Positions 53,101 through 64,000 of a DNA stretch of 64,000 nucleotides are shown one piece after another. The position numbers and the translations under genes are program-made. The notes below the pieces were generated by a model. It saw only the letters and a list, made by a program, of their open reading frames with translations. It was not told where the DNA came from and did no database searches. Where the stretch lies: assembly GCA_964247055.1 (NCBI GenBank), contig OZ176056.1, forward strand, positions 1,240,001 through 1,304,000. Direction: 5' to 3'. Source of the DNA: Paragordius varius (Eukaryota; Animalia; Nematomorpha). Position 1 is the stretch's first letter; each line of letters starts with the position of its first letter.

Positions 53101-55558
53101 TCAAATTTTTATTTCTATTAGCCATATCATATAGTTGTTTAAGTATTGACTGGTTATTTTTAATACTTACAAGCGCGATGTAACCGTCAGTCTCAATAAG
53201 GAAATATTGTATCATCTGTTTTATTTTTTCAGATTCAAATGAAACTCAGTTGATGGATAAATATTATTATGAACAGTTCTCGTAATTTTAAAACTTAATT
53301 ATCTTCTGTATACTAATATTTACAGTAAATTTAAATTATACAGACAAAACGTAAAAATATAAATACAAATATCATTTTAACACGGCTATAGTTTTTGAAA
53401 CTTCATTATTATAATTATAACTCATTGTTTCAAACTGCAAAGTATAAAATAGAGATGTATATTGGTAACACAATTTATATATACTACAAATGTAAATAAT
53501 AGTTTATTCAGTAAAAAATTATGACAAAACATATAATTGCTTTTGAAAAAGATATTTGTCCTTATGTTTTCAGCTTTTGTCTTAGAATTCCGATTTTTAC
53601 TGTACAATATAATTAAGGCTTTACAAAAAATTTTAATCATTCTTTTTTAGGCAGGACCAGGAGAAACAAGTAAAAGCGTGTGGGTTTTATTCTATCCAAA
53701 TTTTAAGTTAAACATGTTTTAAAACATAGATAATTAAGAATACATATAAATTTTTATTATATGAATTTTAACACGTCGATTCAAATTGGTGTATCTAAAT
53801 ACCCCAGACTTAATTTGAGTTAGGATTTTTAAAAAATTACTGAAGGAAACGGTCCAAATTGAAATTTATGCTTCTATCCTAATAAAAATTATATAAATAT
53901 GCCAAAATATATAAATAAAATTTGTTCTGAAAAAAAAGTTCCACATCAAATTACTTCGACGCCATATTTTACAGAATTTTTGCAAAATATCGTCTTCATT
54001 CATTTTTAAGGGTAAAACTAAAGCGATTTTTTTATTTAAATTGCATCTAACATTGATAGAAATAGAAAAAACGTTTCTTTTGTATTATATTTCAATTTTA
54101 ATTGCACACATGTCACGTTGACTAAATTTTTACCTTTCAGTTTTAGCTTAAAATAAGTAATATCAAGTATATTTGAATGAAATTTTTAATATATTTCGGT
54201 TTATTAATGTTATATATGTACAAAATTTTGCCATATTTTCGATTCTTTCCATTTTTTTTAAGAATTAAATTTTAAAAAGGTCTGGGGTATTTAACTACCC
54301 CAATTTGAATCAAAAAACTAAAATGAATGTCTTGTAACCAAGTGTTAATGGTTGCTTATTTCACACTATAGTAGGGCAATTTGCAATATAGTAGTGTATG
54401 GAAAAAACAACAAAATCTAAAATAAACAATTTATTCCTTTCTTTTTTCCAGACACGGCTGTGTTGTATATTGCCCAACTATAGTGTGAAATAAGCAACTA
54501 TTAAAATGCTTACTGTATATTAACTGCCTTTGCTCAATTGTATATATCTTATTTTTTCAATAATTAATTGCCTCATTTTTTAGTCTAAGGGTTTATTTAG
54601 GTTACAATAAAAATTTAAATTATTTTTATAAAATGTTAACCAACGATCTTATAAATATTAAAATTTTGTTGATATAATTGGAAAAATTGACTTATTGGGC
54701 AGTATTTTAAAGCTCATTGTCAGGATTGAAATAAAGAGCGCCCATTTGAAATAAAAAAGCTTAACAATAATAATTACGAATAAAAAATAAACTTTGCCTT
54801 CACCGATTCGGAATACAAAGTCGAATCATTTTTATAATGTGTTGTTAAAATGGTTAAAGATTTTAATATGTAGTTTTTTAACAATAATTGTGAATTTTAT
54901 TCATTTTTAATTTAGCTGCGAATATAAAGAAAGACCCTAATAAAACGGTATATATATTTAAAAAAATGCATTAATAATCAAAATTTAATTTGCTTACTTT
55001 TATAATATTTAAAATTCTATACTGATAATTTTCCGTCCTTAGAATTTTAGTAGTATAAAATTTTGAATGTTATATCAACACGGTTAAAATAAATTCTCAT
55101 TGATATGAAATTTACATTAAATAAAACTTTATAGTAATATTAAAATTCTTAGAAGATATATGAAAGGCCGAACAAAACAAGCCCAATTTACCAAGGTCGG
55201 ACTCAAGTATGAAAATATATTTGTAATATAAAAAGGATTCTGCCATTGATAGAAAAAAACTTTCAGCTGCTTTTCCTGGTATCCTATTTTTACTCATATT
55301 TCTATTTTATATTTTTAAAATGGGACAGTTTGGACAAATAATTAGACCTAATGTCATTTATTGTCAATTTTAAGGATTTTATTTAAGGATTTAATCAATA
55401 AAAATAAAAACAGTACAATAACATTTTAAGATATAATAAAATTAGTTACTTTAATTTACTCACAATTAACAAACCAATAATTAGATAAGATGGGTAAAAA
55501 ATAGGGGTAACTAATACATATGGCTTTATGAGCCGCATTTTCGACTTAATACCAATAG

Positions 55559-55606
<48 letters not shown>

Positions 55607-58600
55607 TAATTATTCACCAATTTAGCAAAATTCCAGAGAATTTGAATGAATAAAATAAGTGGGCATATTTTTGCCATTCGTTATATTTCATATTTAATCT
55701 CTAATTGACAATTCACAAATTTTTGACTGCGTGTAGGATACTTCTGATTAAACCATATTAAGGATTATATCATTTTTAAGCTTGTAAAAAAATAATTATA
55801 CCAGTTATTTAAAATTTTTTGTGTATAAATATCGAAGAGTTTTGTCTTCAAAATTTATTTACTAATTAAATTTAATCATGGATATAAATTAGTTGTTGCA
55901 TCGATCGGAATAGGTAAATGTCTTATAAATATATTTGCATTATAAATATTTAAGGTGCTGTAGCTCCACAAGGTATTTCTTTATAATTGCTTTATATTAA
56001 ACATAATATTTAGTAATTTTAACCGTTAAAATTAATAAAAATATAGAAATTATTAAAACTAAATTATATTTTATCCAATCCAATATTTGATAAATTATTT
56101 ATATTTTTTTGGTGAGTTATTTTATTGTAAATTGATTTATGATTTTTAGAATTACTTTAAATTTGTTTTTATATTATGGACAAAAAATTTTTTTAATTAT
56201 TCTTACATATTTCAAGATAGTTATTATTAATGGTTAAAATGAGGATTTATTAGGCTCAGCAACGTGTAATTCTTTTGTTTAAAATTTACCAATTTAAAAA
56301 AAATTCACACTAAAAATATTTTTTTATTAAGTTATATTATTTAATATTTTTAGTGGCAGGTAAACATTAATGATTTAATTTATATTACAATTTTCATATT
56401 ACTGAAAAAGTTCAGGACAACCGCAACCGCAATTTAATACAGAATTTATTATATATTCGATTTAATTTTTTAGTATTTATATATGGTAAAATAAATAAAC
56501 CTTAATCATACAAACAAAACGGAAAAACTCAAAGAAAGATTTCTTTCCACAAAAGACAACTCTTTAAAATCTTGACTTTTTATAAAATTAACTTATCCTT
56601 TTGTGGTTTCGCAAATGGTAAATAGAGATTCAATAAAAACATGAAATTAAATTTTGGTAAATCAAGGCAAAACAATGTTTGACTTTTTTGAGAAATCTTA
56701 GTACGTTTTGTCCGTATAGTTTCACAAAGCAGTCTTTAATAAAGAATATGTTTTGATTCAAAAAGGTTAACTGATATGACCTTTTTAAGATATGAATTTA
56801 TAATATTAGCCTGTATGAATATATCTAGTGTATATATTTGATCCTAACTACCTATATTAATTAAAAGTATTGGCTAGAATCTTTTATTTTATGAAGTAAA
56901 AATATATAAATAATGTTTTAATCCAGTCATTACTTATCTTTTTGAGTCGCATTTAAAATTGCTTCATTTCAACTTGTATGTATATACAGTAAAATTGATA
57001 TTATACGGACAAAAAAAAATATAATGACAATATTATTTTAAAAAATCCAACCATATTTTTTAACCTATAAATTTATCCTATAAATATCGCAATAAAATAC
57101 ATAATTAAATTATGTTTCCAATATACATCTCTATTACATACTTTACAGTTTAAAACAATGAACTATGCAGTAATAACTGAAAATATACGGATAAAATATA
57201 AAAATATAAAGATAAATATTTTTTTAAAAACAACCATACTTTTTTAAATCTAAATTTTGCCATATAAATTATTTACTTTACAAAATATAAAATGTGTGAT
57301 TGATTGTGTTTTAAAAATCTAAAATTTAAAAAAGTGGCGGTCTTTTAGAAAAAATATTTGTTTTTATTTTTAGGCTTTGTCCGTATAATTTCAATTTTTA
57401 CTATATTTAAATAAATTAGGATTTAAAAAATATGGTTGTCTTTTGGAAAGATAATATTTGGCTTTATATTATTACAAATTGTCCGTATAATTTCAATTTT
57501 TACTGTATATCAACCGACAACATAACCAATAAATATAGAAAAAAACAGATTTATTTGTACGAACTGTATAATATCAACAATATATCTTTACTATTTTTGA
57601 AGTTTTAAAAAATGATAACATTTTAATTGATTATATTGCTATTAGCTCTCTGACTTAACAACTAGTCAAAACTATAATTTAAAGCCAACATAGGAAAAAT
57701 ATGATTATTTTTTAGCGCGTTACTATAGTTTGCTGTGGAGGCCATTTAAGGCGGGACGAATGTATAAGGACTCTGATTTTTTCACAAAATAATTTTAGCA
57801 CATTTTTTTTCTAACACGAAATTGGAAAGTTAATTGATAAAATATATAAAATTTTAATATAATTTGAATTACGAGTAGAGTTTGGATAAGTTATTCACCT
57901 AATATAAACATAAAAACATAAATTTTAGCCTTGTGATTTAATTTTTATATGAATTTGCAATTTAGTATTTTAATTAAATTTTTATAACTAATTGCTTTGT
58001 TAAATAAACGGTCACTTCAAAGATAATTTTTAATATTTTTAAATTATATAAAAATGTAATTTATAATACATATTTTTAAAAATGTAGCCACTGTCCTCAC
58101 AGGTAAAACTCAAATATTTTATAAATACAAATATTCTAGATGGAGGTATATTTGATCAAAAAATTATATGTTATATAAAAATTGATTATCAAACTAACCA
58201 TACATTATAATATATTTTGTTTTATATTGGTTTATCTCTAATTTTGGAATAGTTGAAATCACTGAAGCAGCTAAATTGGTTGAAACAATTGCGAATACTG
58301 GTAATATATATAAATATAATTCAATATTTTTTTATATAAAAAAAACTTTTTTTTGTAACTGTTTTTTCAATATTACAATAAGTAATTAAACACACTGCAA
58401 ATTATATAAAAAATTTTAATTGAAATATTTGCTTCGCTAAACTATTTCAAACCACTTAAAATCTATTTTGGAAATTTTTATGCATTGAATAAAAAAAAAT
58501 CTAAAAATCTAGAAAATGGAGGCGAATTGGCTCAATTAGAACCAGGTAATGACAAGTTAGTTTTAATTTTTGGGTGACAAAGTAATTATCAGTTCTAATT

Positions 58601-61600
58601 TTAAAATTATAATTATTCAATTACCGTTTATAAAGAATTTTACTTTTTGACTGTATTATACCCTACCTAAATATCTTTGGCGGTTTATGTTTAAAACTCA
58701 AAAAATCCTAGTTTATAACTTTTAGAAAATATTTATATTTTATTAGGGCTCAGTGTAAATCCACCATCAACTGAAGGTATTTTTTAATAAGTAACTGATT
58801 AATTTTACATTATCAAATATTGTTCACACAAGTTTAAGATTAATATCAAAAAGGTTGGAAATCTATGATAAATTAATTGCGATTATATAAATTTTCATTG
58901 ATAACTATCCATTTTCTCTTTAGTTTCTGATAATGCCATATCTGAAATTACCCCACAAAGCTCATCTGGTTTAATTTTTATATTATTATTATTATTATTA
59001 TTATTACATTACATGTTTTCACTCGTGAGAGCGGTCATGTTATACAACCTGTCTCGCCATAAAACTCTATCTATGGCGTCCTCTGCATTAAGCTCGTATT
59101 CTGCTAGCTCTCTTTTTACTGTATCTATCCATTTTGTTTTAGGCCGCCCACGTCCTCGTTTTCCCTCAACTATATAACCATCTATTATTTTTGCAATATA
59201 ATTAGAATCTCTCCTTTCAATGTGCCCGAACCAACGTAGCCTATTTTTTGACATTCTTTCCACTATTAGTTTAATATCTGTGCTCCCACGAATAAATCTA
59301 TTCTCGATTCTGTCCTTTCTAGTTACCCCACACATCATTCTGAGCATTTTCATTTCAGTCACGTTAAATTGTCTTTCTTCGGATTTTTTGACACCCCATG
59401 TCTGTGAATTATACATCATTGAGGGCTGGACAACTGAACTGTAAATCTTACCTTTCACTCTAACATCAATATTTCGATCGCATAATACGCTCGAAATTTT
59501 CTTCCAATTTACCCAGCTGCTCTTTATTCTTAAATTAATATCGTCAGTTAACGAACCATCTGCACTTAACATAGCTCCCAGATATTTGCAACTTTCTTTA
59601 CCCTTCAGAACCCAACTATCATCAACTACCATTTCATGTTGTGGACCCCCAAAAGTAATAAGTTCGGTTTTTGCTTTGTTTACTTTCAGACCATATTGAT
59701 CCAGCATAACAACCCATCTGTTTACCGTTCGCTTTAACTCAATTAATGAATCAGACAAGATGATTATGTCATCTGCATACATTAAGTACCATCCTGAACT
59801 CACATTAACAACCTTGGCTACCTCGTCCATACAAATTATAAACAATAAGGGGCTGAGTGATGAGCCTTGGTAGACTCCATGCTTTATTGAAAAGGGCTCT
59901 GATAAACCTTGTGGAGTTTTAATCCTGGAGGTGTGTGATTCGTACATTATTTGTAACAACTTAATATAACTTTCTGGCACCTTTTTACGACGGAGACTCC
60001 ACCAAATAGTTTCTCTAGGAATCCTGTCAAACGCCTTCTCTATATCAATCAAAACACCGTGTAATTCTTTCTTTTTTTCAATGTGTTTTTCAATCAACCT
60101 CCTAACCGCATGTATAGGATCTACTGTTGACTTTCCTGGCATGAAACCAAATTGATTTCCTTCTATAGATATCATTTTTCTGATTCGCTTTTCAATTATT
60201 TTTTCAAACAATTTCATAGTGTGCGACATAAGTTTTATCCCTCTATAGTTACTACATTCATTTATATCACCTTTTCCTTTAAATAAAGGCACAGTTAAAC
60301 TTTCCTTCCATTCAACCGGGATTTCATACGTTGAAACAACTTTATTATACACGCTCCAAAAAATTTAATCCAGAATTTCCAAGCACTTTCCAACAATTTA
60401 TATTTATGTCGTCCGATCCTACAGCTTTGTTGTTTGGCATTTCTAACAAATTAGATTGTACTTCCTTTTGTGTAATTGCTTCTATTGGTCTATCAGTAGC
60501 TTCAACTGTATTTGGCAATATCTCGCCTACCCCTTCATCTAAACTCACAAAGTACTCTTTCCATCTTTTTAATATTTCTACATTTTCGCACAGCAAGCTT
60601 CCATCTTTTCCTTTTATTGCAGTCGCATAACCTGGCAAATCCATCCTGCGTTTATTCCTTTGCTGCGCAACTTTATACACTTTGTTTAAACCTTGCTTAC
60701 TATTTAACTCATCATAAAATAAATTCATTTTTTCTTTCTTAACCTGACCGACTAATTTTTTCAATTCCTTATTTAAACTTTTATACTTATCTCTATCATC
60801 ATCATTTCTTGTATGTCTCCATTTGTCAAAAGCCTTACCTTTTTCTCGTGACATCAATATTATTCTTTCATCGTAAAGCCAAGCCTCTCTGTATACTTGA
60901 GATTTTCCGCCTTTTAATCCACAAACTAGAGTTCCTGCCTTTTTGATTAACTGACTTACTTTATCCCAATCACCATTTAACCCTCCATCCTCGGATAACC
61001 GTATTTCTTTTATAAAAGCCTGCCTTTTTTCGGATAATTTCTCCCACTTAATACTTTTTAATCTCTTTGAATAAGAACCACTTTGTTTAGACTTTTCTTT
61101 CACGAAAAATTTACAAATAAGTAAATTATGTTGCGAACTAACCTCTAAGTTTGGCACGACCTTACAATCTATCACAAGCTTCAATAAATCTCTTGGAACA
61201 AGTATAAAATCTATTTGAGATTTGTTTATGCCGCTCTTAAAAGTTACTAGATGACTCTCTCTTTTTTCGAAAAACGTGTTCGCTATCGCCAAATTGTGAG
61301 ATTGTGCAAATCTGAGCAAATTAATTCCTTCCTCGTTTCTTTCTCCATAAGAATGTCCCCCGTGCCATATTTCAAAAGATTCCCTTTTTGAACCAAGATG
61401 ACCATTAAAATCCCCACATAAAAACTTGACTCTGAGCTGAGGGAGAGCGACTATTTTTTCATCTGAAGTCTCGTAAAATTGCTCCTTTTCTTGTTTGGGT
61501 AAACCTATTTGCGGGGCATATATACTAAATACCGTTATGACCTCGTTACCTACCAAAATATCTAAATTCATGATTCGGCTGTTATAGCGTCTAACCTCTT

Positions 61601-64000
61601 TAACCTGATTGGACAATTTGGGATTAATGATAATTGCCACTCCATTTCGTCCGCCACTTTCACCTGAGTAATATAGTCGATAATTCTCTTCCAAAGTCCT
61701 TGCTCCGTTTCCGCGGTAACGAGTCTCTTGTAATGCCAAAATATCAATATGTTTAACTTTCATTATTCTCACAATATCATTTAACTTACTTTTCAATGAA
61801 CCAACATTTAAACTAGCAAAATACAGGCATCTCGTATTCCTTTTCATTCTCTTTGTATTATTGGCCACAACACCAAAACCGCGGCTGGCCAGGCCTGACC
61901 GGTTATTACTATACACATCAATATTCATTTGACAGCTTTAAACAAATAAAATAAAATAATAAAATTGAAGTGTCGAACTAATTATGACAAATTGATAGAT
62001 GTTAAAAAAAAACCTAGGCTATAGGTATAAACGGAAATTATATTTCGCAATAAAAAAAATTAAAGCAAAAATTATGTATAAAACAATATAAATCAAGGGT
62101 TATTTTATGTGTCATAGTAAAAAAAAAAAATAAATAGTGCTACAATACTTATCCAAGAATACGATCTATATATTTAAGAGAATATTAATAGGCAAATTAT
62201 AGGAAAAGGCCAACGGTAAGTCCTACGTCCAAAAACAAAATGGGAATAGGTATGTTATAACAAAATTTAAAGTATAGGATAAGTGATAAAAGATAGAATA
62301 AACTTTGAAGATAAATAGATAAGAATTTAGAATTTTTCTTTTGTGTAATGTACGAACTCGCGCGCGTACAAATCAGATGTTTTGGTTTAATTTTTATATA
62401 TATGTCTTTTTAATGTTTTACGGGAAATTATTTTTATGAAATACATATTATTTTTTCCACTTATATTTTAAACAGAGGCCACAGAACCCCAACCTGGACC
62501 ATCCAGTCTTCAAAGAAGTAAATTTTATTAGAATTTTTTAAAGCATATATGACCGTAACCGAGACCGTTTTTAAAAATATTAAGATAATATCATATGATA
62601 TGGTGTATGTACAATTATGTTTACAATAAATTTTTAGTTAAAAAATTTGCAATTGTATCAAATAATTTAATTAATATAACCTTTATTAATGTTTTGTAAT
62701 TTGTTAAATAATTTTAAAAAGCAAGCTAGCACATATATTTTTTGCTACCAAAGTTTTTTAACATATAAGCAGAACCCTAAGTAGGCTAAATATTATATCA
62801 ATTATGAAATGTATTAGTCCATATCACATTTATATAACATGAAACAAAATTATAAAAAATAGATGTCTAAAAAGACTGATAATAATTTTTTAACCTATTA
62901 ATTAATATGCAATCAAAATAGATACATCTCTAAAAAGATGAATGACAATAAAAAACCATATTTTACATAAAAGTTTATAAATAATCACGAAATATTATTT
63001 TTTTTATATATTTTGGCTAATTTATATTATCCTTTTGTAAAGATTAATGTATAAACTTAAGGTCAGTTGACCGATATTCAAAATTTAAGACCAAAATTAA
63101 GTTATTTCTTAAGGTTCTATTTTAATTTTACTGATTCCAGTATATATATATATATATCCCTAATTAGACTCTGACGTAGTTGACGATTATATAAGCGGTA
63201 TAATTTACATTTTAATCCAAAAAAGAAATATTTTAATATTTTAAAAGCCGATATTTTTTGCAAATAATGAAAAATTGTTTATATGTAGAGATTATTTTAT
63301 ATGTATAAAGTAATCAGACTTCATTTTTTGTTTGGTTAATTTATAAAATAAATTTCAAAAAATAAAATTGGATATTCAGCACTTTAACATAAGTGAAGTA
63401 ATTATATAGAGTCATTTGATATCGTAAATTCCTTTTAGTTAAGCTTAATATATTTAGAAAAGATAGATATTAACCAAAAAACTTTTCATTCCAACAAAAT
63501 AACACATAAAAACCGCTATCAAATATTTCAGATCGGATAAATTTGACTTAAATACGATTAAGGTAGAATTCAATTTATAATTTGTTTCTCATATTTAGAA
63601 CTTCAACCAAGTATACTATCTATAATATTTACATAAGGCAAAAGATTCAAAACTAGCCATGCCAGAATCGTTCAAGGTAAAATCCACAAAAATAATATTT
63701 TTTAATTTTTTTTTAAAAAATTTTTTTATTTCACTTCACATTTAAAGGCCGGCAAATATTGGAGCGTATGTGTTTTAAATTTGATTTTCTTACATATTGA
63801 ATATTTGGAGTTAATTGAGCAATTTTCGAAAACCATTTTTGCAAATATTAACATATCTTTGATTTTAATTATATATAAACCATATATAGATGTCGAGAAT
63901 TTAAACACTGGTATTTAGTTATTTATTGATATATTAATTATATTTATATTATGATTTTTTTTAAAAATTATTTTTTAAATTCGCAGAAGGATCTAATCTT
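50194..64000 (+). CDS. Secreted micro-exon gene A, copy 2 (open in all exons I could resolve; runs off the window)
   Basis: Signal exon 50194-50263; then 51381-51446, 51690-51700, 51728-51747, 51957-52002, 53233-53281, 53651-53679, 54916-54947, 55153-55206, 55236-55278, 55505-55557; then the run 55893-55913, 55955-55972, 56254-56265, 56354-56359, 56810-56827, 57716-57761, 57879-57889, 58088-58102, 58140-58145, 58253-58300, 58513-58545, 58747-58776, 58924-58968, 62476-62517, 63168-63197, 63638-63676, 63890-63910, 63987-end. Many differences from copy 1 are synonymous. Exons at 50.4-51.3 kb and 55.56-55.89 kb are unresolved. Confidence 0.75.
52041..52297. mobile_element. MITE family A, insertion specific to copy 2
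   Basis: ta|ccatttacaatt...aattgtaaatgg|ta; absent at the equivalent site of copy 1 (~18300). Confidence 0.75.
53772..54344. mobile_element. piggyBac-like MITE with TTAA target-site duplication
   Basis: TTAA|cac...gtg|TTAA (53768-71 and 54345-48); single TTAA at the empty site in copy 1 (~19771); internal inverted repeat gattcaaattgg..aaataccccagac. Confidence 0.8.
58983..62382 (-). mobile_element. Full-length RTE-clade non-LTR retrotransposon (~3.4 kb)
   Basis: 16-bp TSD TGGTTTAATTTTTATA (58967-82 and 62383-98), (TAA)n tail directly after the stop codon, ~450-nt 5' UTR; absent from copy 1. Confidence 0.92.
59009..61928 (-). CDS. APE endonuclease + reverse transcriptase ORF of the LINE, split by one frameshift near 60350
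   Basis: EN motifs LNVGSL, LQETR, YAPQ, GDFNGH, SQIDFIL, SQHNLL; RT motifs NYRGIKL, QFGFMPGKST, DIEKAFD, QGSSLSP, YADD. Confidence 0.95.

Larger units (their letters stand above)
32734..64000 (+). repeat. Segmental duplication, copy 2
   Basis: Collinear with 581-25651; longer because of a larger array, the LINE and MITE insertions. Confidence 0.93.

Noticed and set aside
59220-60742. Plus-strand ORFs of 74-99 aa
   Set aside because: Antisense shadows of the LINE ORF

Overview
Very AT-rich (roughly 80% AT by eye), intron-containing animal genomic DNA; the lineage cannot be fixed from sequence alone. The window holds two diverged tandem copies of a cassette of about 32 kb (copy 1 from ~581, copy 2 from ~32734 to the window end). 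Each copy carries, in order: (i) the 5' exons of acetyl-CoA carboxylase with the ATP-grasp core missing, abutting exons of a probable DEG/ENaC channel; (ii) a 167/168-bp satellite array (~36 and ~48 units) preceded by one diverged inverted monomer; (iii) a gene the ORF track misses, with a signal-peptide exon and a long run of tiny, symmetric phase-1 exons (6-48 nt). That gene resembles schistosome micro-exon genes. It looks open in the exons I could resolve in copy 2 and is decayed in copy 1. A second micro-exon cluster lies at 27.3-31.3 kb. Several introns are only 23-29 nt. Mobile DNA includes a full-length RTE-clade LINE with a 16-bp TSD, a non-autonomous Helitron, a hAT transposase remnant and several MITE families. 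All exon models are manual reconstructions from AG/GT boundaries, frame continuity and copy-to-copy comparison; none is confirmed by transcripts.
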